Assembly: GCF_030144855.1 (NCBI RefSeq)
Contig: NC_082709.1
Location: 127,534,001-127,598,000 of the forward strand
DNA from: Hypanus sabinus
Lineage: Eukaryota
Length of the DNA: 64,000 nucleotides
Reading direction: 5' to 3'
Shown: positions 1 to 13,077 of the stretch, piece by piece
Layout of the letters: every line of letters begins with the position of its first letter
Position numbering within the stretch: the stretch's first letter is position 1
Translations under genes and position numbers: made by a program
Notes under the pieces: generated by a model
Told to the model about the DNA's origin: nothing
Databases searched by the model: none
Seen by the model: only the letters and a program-made list of their open reading frames with translations

Positions 1-1270
1 GAAAGTAATACATTGGTTAGGACAACAGACAGTAGATTCTGTGGACAAGAATGAGAATCCAAGATGGTATGTTGCCTCCCAAGTCCTAGGGTCAGAGGCA
101 TCTCAGATCAAGTCTTCAGCATTCTTGAGAAGGAGGTGAGCAAACAGAGGGATTAGAGGCATTGATCATGTGGATAGTCAGAGGCTTTTTCCCAGGGCTG
201 AAGTGGCTAACATGAGAGGGCACAGTTTGGAGGTGCAAGGAAGTATGTACAGAGGAGATGTCAGGGGTAAGTTTTTTTTTAAGAGAGAGGGTGGTGAGTG
301 CCAGCAATGGTGGAGGTGGATACAATAGGGTCTTTTAAGAGACTCTTAGATCGGTACATGGAGCTTAGAGAAATAGAGGGCTATAGGTAAGCCTAGGTAA
401 TTTACAAAGTAAGTACATGTTCGGCACAGAATTGTGAGCTGAAGGACCTGTATTGTGCTGTAGGTTTTCTATGTTTCTAGAAAAGAAGCTATAAAGCAGG
501 TCCTCAAGATTAGCTATCTCTGAATTGTTGCCCACACCACATGTTATTGAGAGTAAGAATAGAATGATGTGGCAATCAAATGAATGGCTGAAGAGTTGAT
601 GCAGCATAGGTTTCAGGTTTGTGGATCATTGGGATCTCTTCTGGGGAAGGTATGTCCTGCACAAAAGGAAAGGGTTACACCTGAACTCAAGAGGTGATCA
701 ATATCCTTGCATGCAGATTTGCTGGAACTGTTTGTGAGCATTTGAACAAGGTGGGGAGAGGGATGAGAACCAGAGTGTTAGGTCAGATGATGGAAAATAG
801 ATGCATTGTGCAGACTGTGAGGAAGGATAAACAGTGGATAAAGCATAAATGCAGTCAGTGGATCATTGAGAAGTGTCTATTTCAATGTGAAAAGTATTAA
901 GAATAAGGGTGATAAACTTATATGGATCAGCACATGGAACTATGACATTATGGGCAATACAGGGACTCGGCTGACACAAAGGCAGGATTGGCTGCTGGAT
1001 GTTTCAGGGTTTAGATGTTTCATAAGGAATAAGGATTGAGGTAAAAGAGGTGAGTGGGAGTGGCATTGTTAAGCTGCAGAGAAAGAGGACATCATGGAGG
1101 GATCTTTTACTGAGTCAGTGTTGTTGGAAATCAGAAACAGGAAGGGAGCAATCATTCTATTGGCAGTATTCTATCGGCTCTCTCCCCCCCAAAAACAAAC
1201 TACCAGGACTCCAAGAAACAGATAAGCAAGCAGATTTTGGAAAGGTGTAAAATAACAGCTATCATGGGTT
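1..1270 (+). mobile_element. Decayed CR1 LINE (ORF1 esterase region and start of ORF2 endonuclease), interrupted by a younger CR1 3' fragment at ~150-478
   Basis: MVCCLP-like and DHWDLFWG...GLHLN-like ORF1 motifs; FNxxSI / WNYDI endonuclease start; CR1 3' tail 'ttttctatgtttcta'. Confidence 0.75.
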
Positions 1271-1289
1271 ACTTTTGAATCTACTGTTT

Positions 1290-2545
1290 ACTCCTCTAAC
1301 TCTTGAATCCCCTATCACCACCACTGAGCCAGACTCAGTGCCAGATACCTGTCGCTCACACAAGCAGTATCCAATGTGGTATGCTTGTTATTAAGGAAAT
1401 GGCCACAGGAGCACTCTGCACTGTCTGCCTATTCCCTTTTCCTCTCTTGACAGTATCTGTCTCCCTGTAACACCTTTCAATTAACCCTTTATTTTCCTGA
1501 ATGATCTGTAGGTCATCCATTTCTGGCTACAGTTCCCTAATGGTTTGTAATAAGCACCATTTGAAAGCACTTCATGTAGGTATAGTCATCAGGATCATCA
1601 AAGACTTCCTATATCATGCAAGAGGGGCACACCACTGCCCTAGGTTTCATTTTTTTCTGCGTTCTCTATGCAATGATAAAGAAAGAAAGAGAAACATTTT
1701 AGAAACTCACCTTGGCTTCCATCACTTCTCAGTGAAATCTCTGAAACAATCTCAGTTCCCCACTCAACTACTTTTACCATCAGAGCCATCCCCCACTCCA
1801 CTGTCCACCAGCCTGTCTTTTCAAAGGACGTGTGTCTTTGGATGTTTAGGTCCCAGTTGTGATCTGTCAGCCATGACTATAGATACCTATACCAACTAAT
1901 TTCTAATTTCATTATAAGCTCATCTGCCTTGTTTTGTATATTGTGTGCATTCAAATATAACAACACCTTCAGTCCTGTATACAGGATTATCTCCATGTTG
2001 CCTTAAGTACAATTCTTATTCTTTTCTAAACTTTGTCTCATCTTCTGATTTTTCTGGAGACATTTGTAACCTCTTTTTCCCTTTTATTTCATCCATAGTT
2101 TTCCAATCTGTAGAACGCCCTCCCACCCAATATTTAAAATCCTATCCATCGTCCCATTAATGCAATTTACCAAGATCCTGGTCCCGGCATGGTTCAGGTC
2201 AAATCCATCCCATTAGAACAGTTCCCTTCTTCCCCTACTGATACCTTGTCCTACAAATTCAAACCCACTTCTCCTATAATGCATTTACTCTAATTCTTAT
2301 TGACCCTGTGCCATTTTACACATCGTTTAGCTAGCAATCCAGAGAATATTACCTTTCTAGATCAGCAGTTAATCTAATGGATGTGATTGCCTCCCAAAAC
2401 ACAGTAACCAGGTAAAGCTCTCCCTTCCTGATGCATTACAGTGTTTGGAGCTCAGATTTCAGATTATCAGCTTTGAGTTCAAGTTACTCAAGAAACCAAT
2501 ATTTGCTGCAGATATGGTAGCCAGGAACCACAATGGGGTCCATCA
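1290..2545 (-). mobile_element. Fragmented CR1 5'/ORF1 remnants
   Basis: Similar to the ORF1 ends of the longer minus-strand CR1 copies (e.g. 53300-53440, 52860-53100); heavily decayed. Confidence 0.5.
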
Positions 2546-3109
2546 GCTTTGATTTGTTTAAAGGTCGATAAGGAATAATGAGGATATTTGTGAATGATAC
2601 CAAGATAGTGGGAATAACAAATAATTGAGAAAATCAAAGGATGCTGTAGTTATATACTTATAAGAGAAAGAATGGGCTAAATATTGGAAGATAGAATTCA
2701 GTTATAGTGAATGTGAAGTACTACAGTATTTTGAGGAAATCGATATTAAAATATGGTAGACCGAATGTGAAAATCTGGAGATGCTGATTTAGATGTTTAA
2801 AGCAGCACATCATCCCAAAATATCATTAAAATAGTAAATAGAGTTCTATATTTCATCAATAAGTTGTAGAATATAAAAACTGAGAATAATGACGTCAATG
2901 TCGTATCTTATAAAAGTTTCATGATCATTGTGTCCAGTAAGATGCTGCCAATTTTAAGAAATATAGTAACAAATAGAATGAGAAAGTTTAGTGCATTTTC
3001 CTTAGGGTTATTAGAGCTGTGTGATACAAATGTCTTTGACAGAGGTAGACTCAATAGAAAGAGTTTCTCAAGGCTGAAATGTCTAAAATCAGACATGCAT
3101 GATGAAATG

Positions 3110-4630
3110 AATCAAAATCAGGTTTAATATCATTGGCATATATAATGAAATTTGTTATTTTGCAGCACCAGTATATTGCAATACATAAATATACAAACAA
3201 TTATATATTACAATAGAGAAATAGAGAGAAAATAGAGTGAGGTAGTGTTTATGGGTTCATTGCCCACTCAGAACTCTGAATGGCAATGTCTTCAAGCTCC
3301 TGCACCTCCTCTTTGATGATAGCAATGAGAAGAGGGCATGTCTTGGGTGACGGGTATCTTTAATAATGAATGCTGCTTTTTTGAGGCATTGCTATTTGAA
3401 TGTGTCCTCAATGTTGGGGAGGCTAGTACCCATGATGGAGCAGGTGGAGTTTACAACTTTCTGCATCTTTTTCAGATCCTGTGCAGTGGTTCCTCCATGC
3501 TAGATGGTGATGCAACCACTTTTACTGCTCACCAATGTACATCTGTAGAATTTTGTGAGAGTCTTTGACAACATACCAAGTCTCCTAAAACTACTAATGA
3601 AACATAGCTGCTGTTGTGCCTTCTTTGTAATTGTATCAATATGTTGGGCCCAGGATAGATCTTCAGAGATGTTGACACCCAGGAATTTGAAACTGCTCAT
3701 CCTTTTCACTACTGATACCTCGATGAAGACTGGTGTATGTTCCTTCAACTTCTCTCTTCCAAAGTTCACAATCAGTTCCTTGGTCTTATTTACATTGATT
3801 GCAAGGTTCTTGTTGTTACACCACTCTAACTGATCTATCTCACTCCTTTATGGATCACCTGGAATTTTGCCAACAATCATTGTGTCATAGGCAAATTTAT
3901 GGATGGCATTTTAGCTGTGCCTACCCACACATTTGTGGGTGTGGAAAGAGTACAGCAGTGGGCTAAGCATGCATCTTTGAGGTGTGCCAGTGTTGATTGA
4001 CAGCGAGGAGGTGTTATCGCTGATCCACACTGACTGTGATCCTCTGGTGAGAAAGTCAAGGATCCATTCCCAGGTTTTGCAGCTTATTGATTGGAGCTGA
4101 GGGGATGATTGTTTTGTAGACTGACCCTACAGCAGTCTGACATAGGTATTGCTACTGTCCATGTGATCCAAGGCCAAGTGGAGAGCCAATGAGATTGCAT
4201 TTACTGTAGACCTATTATAGCAAAATACAAATTGCAGCAAGTCTAGTTCCTTGCTTAGGTAAAAGTTGATTCTGGCTATGACCAACCTCTTAAAGTAATT
4301 CGTCACAGTAGATGCAAGTGCAACTGGACAATATTCATTAAGGCAACTGTCTCTGCTTTTCTTGGGCACAGGTATGATTATCACCCTTTTGAAGTAGGTG
4401 AGAACCTCCAGCTGTAGCAGTGAGAAATTGAAAGTGTCAATATACACTCCTGCTATTTGGTTGGCACAGGTTTTTAGTGCCCACCCAGGTACACCCTCAG
4501 GACCTGATCCTTGCAACAGTTCACCCTCTTGAAAGATGTTCTGATGTTGCTGTCCAAGACAGATCACAGAGTCACCAGATGCTGCATTAATTCAAAGGCG
4601 TATGCAAGGCTTTTTGTTGATCTGGGAGTG
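3110..4630 (-). mobile_element. Rex/Babar-type non-LTR retrotransposon remnant
   Basis: Minus-strand ORF pieces IIIPVPKK, CLNEYCPVALAS, SSFKFLGVNISEDLSW, KKAQQQL; 3' tail toward 3110. Confidence 0.85.
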
Positions 4631-5014
4631 AAGCATCACAGCCATTCATGATTTATGTGAAATGATATTAGGGAAAACATATTCAAAGAAATGTGAACCT
4701 ATGTTGATTATTAACATTATTGGTTAAGGGAATTTATCTGGATATTCAAAATCAGATTGGAAGGTTGAATGAAAGAAAAGGTGATAAAGGGATATTGAGA
4801 TCAGGGAAGGTAAGTGTATTTAGGACTACTGCTTTCAAGGATTCCCTGTTTCTGTGTTGTAATGTTTATGTATTCACGCAAATTATTGTTGGAAACTATT
4901 TTATGTTTAAGAAGGAAATTATACATCTTGAATTCCAGGTTTGATATTTATGATTTTTCTCATTGTAAATCACAAAAGAAGGACCTAAGATATTCACTGT
5001 GATGGAAAAAAAGG

Positions 5015-5300
5015 ATTATTTATTTTACTTAGAGATACAGTATGGAAGAGGCCCAATGAGCTGCACCACTCAGCAACCCTCTGATTTAACCCTAGCCTAA
5101 TCACAGTACAAAGTCCACTTAACCTACTAATCAGTATGTTTTTAGACTATGGGAGAAAACTGGAGCACCAGGAAGAAACCCATGCACAAACAGGAAGAAA
5201 GTGCAAACTTTCTTACAGAGGACGCTAGAATTGAACTCCAAACTTTGATGCTCCAAGGTGTAATTGCATCATGCTAACTGCTATGCTAATGTGGCACACA
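5015..5300 (-). mobile_element. tRNA-derived V-SINE (HE1-like)
   Basis: Reverse complement of the V-domain (gggagaaaactggagcaccaggaagaaacccatgca...tgcaaact), with a decayed tRNA head near 5230-5295. Confidence 0.7.
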
Positions 5301-5944
5301 CATTTATGGAGACTTTTTAAATGAAATGAAAGAAGTCAAAAGGAGATCAGACTGAATGTCCACTGACTTGGAATATCTTGTACCCATAACCATGATGCAT
5401 TTGTTTCAAAGGCATTCAGATAAAGCTAATTCAATCAGAAGGGATTTGAGTGAAAGGTAAAAGTAAAATTCTGCTTTTTTATTTAGTAAGTGGAACTTGG
5501 AGAGAGCTATTTTATATTAGAAACAGGGGCTACAACATCTGATTTTCTATTTCTAACCAAAACAAGGCAACTTTGTAGAATTAGTAGTTGTGACGATCTA
5601 TCCAGGATTTGGAAAGTTTCTTGAGGGTTTATTTGTTGTAACCTCAATTAATTTGGTTATTCATTGAGAGGCTTTGGATAAACACCCTAAATGGGAACTA
5701 TACTTTATTAACCCCGGTAAATTAGGATAACCCCTGAATATACCTGACAGCTACATCTGAACTAACTTGATGGGAATTCAAAGTACAAATGGACCATAAT
5801 GTACTTACTTTTGGCAACAAATATGTTGAGAACTACCAATGTTTTCCTTGCAAATCAGCTTGTCTCTGATGAAATCTATAAGGGGACAGGGATGGGATTT
5901 ATCATTTGAGGCTAGTCACCAGTACCGGACCTTTGTCTTGCAGA

Positions 5945-6680
5945 TATGGTATTTTGGGAAGTCAGCTCCAGATTGGACCTTCACAGTGAACAGCAGAGCC
6001 CTGGGGAGTGTTGTAGAACAGAGGGATTTTGGAGTACAAGTACATAGTTATGTGTAAGTGGAGTCACAAGTAGACAGTGTGGTGAAAAAGGCCTTTGAAG
6101 TCAGGCCATTAAGTATAAAAGTTGGGAGGCCATGATGTAGTTGTACAGAACACTGGTGAGACCACACTTGGAAAATTGCATTCAGTTTTGTCCTCCAGCT
6201 ATAGGAAATATATTAAGCTGGAAAGAGTGCAGAAAAGATTTACAAGTATGCTGCCAAAATTTGATGGACGGGGTTATCATAAGAGGTTGGACTGGTTAGG
6301 CCTTTATTCTTTAGAGCATAGGAGACTGAGAATGATCTTATAGAAGTGTATAAATTAATGAAGGCCATAGATAGAGTGAATGTACTGTCTTTTTCCTCAG
6401 AGTCAGAGTATCAAAGACTAAAGGTTTAAGGTGAGGGGAAAAGATTTAAGAGGAACTTAAAGGACACTTTTTACAGAAAGGGTATATTTATGTAGGATCA
6501 GCTGTCAGAGGTAGTTGTTGAGGCACGTACCATAACAACATTTAAAAGACAGTTACAGGGATTGGAAAGGTTTGGAAAGTTATGGGCCAAATGCTGCAAA
6601 TGGGTCTAGCTTGGATGGGGAATCTAGATTTGCATGGACCAGTTGGGCTGACTGGCTTGTTTCCATTATATGACATTTAT
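5945..6680 (+). mobile_element. CR1 LINE 3' fragment
   Basis: EQRDFGVQVHS, LERVQKRFT, LGLYSLEHRRLR motifs followed by the 3' UTR. Confidence 0.85.
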
Positions 6681-8211
6681 GACTAACTCTCTATCCTATC
6701 ATAGATCTTTTTTGTCTCTTCTGACCAACTGAGTTTTTCTGAATTTATAATCTCCAAATCTGCTTTGTAACTTTTTTGAAACTGAGCATGGAAATATGCA
6801 GTTGCAAATAAAATTTAACTTGTTATTTAACTGGATAAATAACCTCACTGGAATATTCTCCTGATGAATTTACTGACAAATGTAGTCCACAGAGGATGAA
6901 TTTCAATCCTATTTTGTTGATTTGTCAGCTCTTCATAAGTATGATTAGAGATGAAAAAATGAACTGAGCTTTAAAGACTAGCATCACAATCTAGATGTTC
7001 TATAAATAAATGATTCTATCTGTAAAGAATTACACATGATTAATGGCCTTTTTTTGGTGTGACAGCAGAGAAAAATTAGCTTCCATGGACTTGGAACATA
7101 GCATATTTTAGAGGAGAAAAAAAATAAAATGGACTACAATGTCTTAAATTATAGTTAATTAAACAGCTGCTTTTGAAAATAAAAAAGGACTGACAAGGTT
7201 TGAAATATAATATGGCTAATATGATGGGAATTAATTGTAAGGATTAATTGATTGGAGGATGTATTGAGAGGATCACAAAGGTAGGTTTTCTTATACAGAG
7301 AGTGGAACTCACTGCTGGGGGGCTGGTAGAGGCAGATACATTAGGGACATTTAAGAGACTCTTCACAGATGAAAGAAAAATTGATGGCTAAGTAGGAGGC
7401 AAAGATTAGGTTGATCTTAGAGTAGGTTAAAAGTTTGGTACAAGATTATGCTCTGAAGGGACAGTATTGTACTGTACTATTCTAATTTCTATATAGAAAA
7501 AGAACAGAATAAAAATAAAAGAAAACATTAGATGCTGAAATTTGCCCTCTCTTGTACATGAGTGGCTAACAAAACTGAGGAGTTAATGAGAGAGTATACT
7601 GTAGTGTTTTAGGGAAATAAGGGAAAATGGATTGATAAATTTGTTCTGCTGGGTTCTGATGGAACCCAAAGGGCAAAAATGTCTACTTCTGTGATGTAAT
7701 AAGGCAGTAGGTTATGAGTTAAACCTCAGCAGGTCAGATAGCAGTTGTGAAGAGTGAAACATTAAATATTTCAGATCAATGATGCTTTGTAAGAACAGAT
7801 GTTTACAACATCCTGCCTTCCGTCATCATTTCACAGAAGGGAATGTACAGTACTTTTTCTGTAGATAACTTTGTATTTACATTTAAAGAGTATGAGAAGG
7901 AATTTCAACCTATTCCTATGTAATTTCAAACAACTGTTTTGCATCTGTAACATGTCAAAATATTTAGTAATGATAAATCCCACCAGCATTATTCTGAAAC
8001 TCAGTTATAGATATGTTAACTGGCATTGTTGTACTGTAGTACAATACATTACTGACTTTTTGAACATTATTTCAATGTTTTATATTCATACTTTTAGTGT
8101 ACATGACATAAGTCATGCTGAAAAATGAAAATTGGTGATTTGTTAGATTTTTTATGTATAATGAAGTAGTTTTGTGCAAACATTATAGACATGTGATTGT
8201 ACTTTTTGCAG

Positions 8212-8323
8212 ATGGGTTCGTCAGATCATCCCTCTCACTAACTCTACCATTGAAACTCTGAAATTGGAAGTTGACAATAGCAACCCAGCAAATTTTTCAG
8301 TAGATATTGATCCTAGAAAGCCC
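8212..8323 (+). CDS. CFAP47: CFAP47-like coding exon A (cilia- and flagella-associated protein 47, C-terminal region)
   Basis: Acceptor tttttgcag, donor gtaagt; 112 nt, phase 2 to 0. Encodes WVRQIIPLTNSTIETLKLEVDNSNPANFSVDIDPRKP, resembling vertebrate CFAP47 'VTQIIPLVNCTHETLKLQVTNSNPENF' as recalled. Confidence 0.88.
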
Positions 8324-10684
8324 GTAAGTATCTGTATAAAATCAAAGGGTTTTTTTTCTGTTTTGGGTCTTGTAATTCACAGTTCAAGATTTCGTCTGTT
8401 TTCAAACTATTTATCCGATTCCTTTTAGACTAGCACAGGTTTTCTCCAGTTAAGCAAGAAGACCAGACCTTTACTGTTGTATGTTGGGAACAACTTTTTG
8501 CTGGTGCAGGATGTCTTCTCACTCATAATTGTCAATCACATCTACTATTGTGACAACAAAAACAAACAGCAATGTGTAAAGGCTACTAGGGGAAGGGGAA
8601 AGAAAAAGAACTGTATATATGACTCAATTTACCACAAGCCATCAGGAAATACATTTGTTATCTCAGAGTTACCATTTAGTAGTGTGTGAGCTGTCTGCAT
8701 GTCAACATTTGTCCGAGTGATATACCATGCTGCAATAGGTACGTTAGCAGCTTGCTGTTGGTGCATCAGGGAAGTAACAATGTCTCCAAGCAAACATTTA
8801 TTTCCTTTCCTCCAAAAGATCCTGAATAACTCAGTATATTAACACCATCTTCAGACCTGTTATGGAGTTTTCAGTCAAAAATGATGAACACCTCTACTAG
8901 AAGAAAGATTAAGAAAAGCGGCAGAAAGAGCAAGAGAACCATTACTTACAATACTCCTGGTTGTCAAAGACAAACTTGTACCCGGTCTATCGCTCTCCTT
9001 CCCAATAAAATTTGTCATAACCATTATCAGATTACCCTCCTGAAATTCAGTATCATGGCTACAAGTACAAATATTGAGGCAGAATTTGCTCTTAGAGGGA
9101 AAGAGACTATGCTTCCTGCGACTCTATATTCTGTATTTCTCGATAAAGTAGAGCAAGATAATAGTTGCATATAGCCTACCATGCCTCACAAACTAATCCC
9201 ATTTCTTCAGTAACATTCCCTGTAACATATTCTCCTTCTCCTCACATTTGCATGATTAGAGTGGTATGGGTGCAGCATTTTACGAGCTGTTTCAGTACTA
9301 CTTTGTGCTGTCTGATCCGAAATTGCAAGGCTATGTGCAGCAATAAGGTCCTTCGTAACATGGACAAGCCAAAGTAAGCTCTGCCCATGAAAAATCAGCT
9401 AACATATTTGACAGATGTCAAAGGCATACCTGAGTTAGCCACCTGTGATATTTGTCATGGATTTTGTATCCTGTTAAGTGTCCCTAACATTCACACACAT
9501 TATAAAACACTTAAAAGAACTTTTTTAAAAAATGAGGAAGAAAATCATTGGGTAAAAAAATTGGTGTTTTTTATTATTTCCAATTAAATTCATTCAAGAA
9601 ATCTAAATTACCTGTAATTGCCCAAATGTAACCCATAAGACATAACTAACCTCAAAAGCTGATTATTGTTCTTCATAATAATAAAATGGTACACCCTATA
9701 AGTTATCCTTTGAGATCCTGTCCTGTGTTCTCATTACTTAATCCGGGTGCTAATACAAAGTGTAGTTAAGTGGCCACGGCTGCAGGGAATCAATAAAGTA
9801 AAACTTGAGCAGTTCAGATTTTGAAATCCTGAATAAAGCTTCAAATAGCAATAACTCTTTTCTGGCTGGGACACACTGGCGAATATTCTGTATGTTACTA
9901 ACTAATAAATTGATGTGGGTGATGCTGGTGTAAGCATACTATCTCCCTGCTGAGTATTTCCAACATTTTCTGTTTGTATCCTGCACCATTACTCCCTATT
10001 CACTTAGCATATGTATATTTGTGTGCAATGTTTTATTGCTTTTCTTATTTCATCATGTATCACAAAAGGTCCTGACAATTTCTATACATGAAATAAAAGA
10101 GAGGGACAAAAACCATCTTGTAAGTAACAAAAATGAGGGGAGAGCGAGTTCTGTTTTTATACACTGTTAATTATCATACAGAATCTATGTGAGTAAAATG
10201 AAAAAGAGGTGCAAATATAACTTTCAGCTTATCATAAGGGACCCATCTGCTCTCTGGGGTTGATGTAAAAGTCCAAAGTGGTTAAATTGATCATTTGGTC
10301 AAATTTATCAAGATTCAAAATTGTTTGTCACTTTCTGTATATATAATAAATGGGCTTAAAGAATTTTTAGCACAAATTCTGGAGGAAATTTAAACTAGCT
10401 CTGAGAATCACAATGTAGATATCCTAGCTGATGCTGCTAAGGCCTAGCAGTTCTAGAGCCCAAACATATAACTTTTACAGACAGTAATTGTGATCTATGG
10501 TTTCCAAAGATGGTCATCAGATTCTGAAATTCTGTACAAAAGCAGAGGACCTCTTGATCCTAGCAATCTACTGCTGCTTGTAGAAAGATGCAGTAACTGC
10601 ATAAAATATTGTATTGTCATTATAATACATTAAAAGCTTGAAAGATTAGCATCAATTTTATGATTTTATTTTTCCTGTTCACAG

Positions 10685-10789
10685 ATAATTGTGAATCCTC
10701 AATCTACAACTGAAGTACCTGTTCAATTCTTTCCTTCAACATTAGGAAAAGGCAATCATTGTGCAAAGATTACCTTCAAGTGTCCTCAG
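10685..10789 (+). CDS. CFAP47: CFAP47-like coding exon B
   Basis: Polypyrimidine tract plus acag acceptor, CAG|gtgtgt donor; 105 nt, phase 0 to 0. Encodes IIVNPQSTTEVPVQFFPSTLGKGNHCAKITFKCPQ, in frame with exon A; resembles CFAP47 'PHSTTELPVLFYPSALG'. Confidence 0.9.
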
Positions 10790-13077
10790 GTGTGTTTTTT
10801 TTTCATTTCTCTTCATTTTCTATATAATTGATCTGGATGTATGAATTAGGGGAACTGCCTTTTGGTAAAGAGATAACACAATTATTTCTGTTTTTGTAAT
10901 ACCTTATTTGAATCCATTTGCAAAAAGAAGGTGCATCTAATATAGATTGTGCACATATGTAGAACTAGTCTGTTCATACTGCATATTTTTCTGAATAAAA
11001 AGCTATTGAATAGAAAAATACCTATATGATAGAAGGCATGAAACTCTGAAGTTACAGAACCAGAATCATTTGGTGAAAAGCCATGAGTGGATGCAGAATG
11101 AAAAGCAAACCTAGTGAAAATACACATACAAATCAGAATAAAAACCAGAAGAAAAAACAAAAGCAAAAATTAACCACCCCACAACATTAACCCAACCTTC
11201 CTCAACCACAGAATCTCCTCAGTTAAGCAAATACTCCTTTAATGCAACATGAGGCTGCCTTATCAATAAGATACATTAAATAACACAAGGAATTATTGTA
11301 GTATCTCACAAAACCTTATTTAGACAACATCAAAAATACTGTAGTTAATTTTATTGCACTTTATTATTGGGTGTCAGAAAATTGTTTGCATTTTTCCAAG
11401 GTTGTTTCAGATTCATATGAATTAATTCATAAATTATTAATGTCCATAATAAAGTTCATGATCATGCCTCTCTTAAGAAACTTCTTTGGTGCTTCTTTAC
11501 CTATTGTTGTGTTCATTATAACACCAGGATCTTGGCAAGCAGCCAGTATCATCTTTGATTTCTATATAGAAATTAAACTTCGGAGAACTACCAACATCAG
11601 CTAAAGAGTTTTCAGAGGTCCAATGAATAATCTTTCTAAAATATCTTAATTGATATTTGAGTATCTATTTGAAAGTACTTGTATCTTCTGAACCAGTAGC
11701 ACAGCAAATTCTGGACCTCCAAGGCAGGCAGTCTGTCAAAGACGTTTAGAATTGTAACAGATTTTATTAACAGACAGAAGTTTGTTAGAAACATTGTAGA
11801 TTGTCCAATTTGAAGTAAAATACAGCCCCTGAGTTACCATAGACTGAGTAAAGTGCAATAGTACTATCTTTAGCTTATGGCTCATAAAAGGCTAAAATCT
11901 CAACTGTGTCACAGTGAAATAAAATGCATAAATGCAAAATTGAGTTAGGTAAAGTTACTGCACCAGTATAACAAAGTACACCAATGACCCCTCAGGCTCA
12001 CATGTGTTTGAATACTAGCCATACAAATACCACGTTCAAGTTTAAGCAAAATTAGTTAAATAAAAGGCTAAAGTAATGACTCACACAAAGACCTACACCA
12101 TTCTGCAATGTACAAAAGGAGCTGCATAAGTAACACTCCTCACATGATCACCAAAATAAATCAACCAAAAGGATCAGCAATGCTGTCAGTCACCTTCCAA
12201 TATGGACCAGACACTGGTCCAAGCACATGTGAACAGCAAGCTTTTAGGCCATCTGGGGAGAAAGGTCCTATCCTATTTTCCCTCCTGCTGGAAACAACAG
12301 GCACAATTATCTGTTTCACCTGGCTACATACTGTTGTTAAAACCACATACCAATTGCAGCAACATTGGCGTCAGAATGTGAAAATTATCTTACGGTTTCC
12401 CATTGGAGGGATATTATGAATTACAGAGTATATTAGATGGCAACCAAGTTTTACAGTAAGCACATTAGATGGGGTGAAACTGCTCTGGAGTGTCAGTCAA
12501 GATTCTGGGCCCAAGTCTACAAACAGGCAGTTGAATGTGAATCCTTCTGACTGCAGTAACTCCTCCTGAACTGTTGGGAAGAATTTCCTGCAATGTATCA
12601 CTGATCTGCCAAGAAGGTTTCAACTTCCTCATTGTCTTAACCATGGTGATCATTTCTGCCATCAGCACAGAGAGCACTACACCATTGTAATTATTCTCTT
12701 GATTGAGTTCCCTAACCCAGTGTGGGCATTATGCCTGAACCTGTATAGAAATTAAAATCAGTTAACTTCAATAATGGTAATTAATTACAAATTATCTAGT
12801 TATATGCTCAAAGAATACTGTAAGTGAAACTCTGTCCCAGTAATGACTGGGTGATTAAGAAAGGACTATAATAGTTTTGAAACTATATAGCAATCTCAAC
12901 ATGCTCATCATTCTTGGCCTTCTTACTGCTCATTACTATTCTTTACTACCTTCATAGCACCGTAATCCATCTATTTACTTTCTGCAAAGCTTGTCTTTCA
13001 GACAAAGTCAACAGTTTTTACTTTTAATGGTTTTGACTTCCTATTCTTGCTGGTAGCAAGCTCAGAATCAGAATCAG

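Noticed and set aside
8480-9480. Cluster of short + strand ORFs after exon A
   Set aside because: No recognisable motif or splice-compatible exon, and exons A and B already join in frame without it.
11370-12760. Coding-looking stretch (e.g. minus-strand VLSVLMAEMITMVK) as a further LTR element or retrocopy
   Set aside because: Only a faint resemblance to integrase-adjacent motifs; no LTR pair, TSD or sustained frame found. Needs a TBLASTX search.
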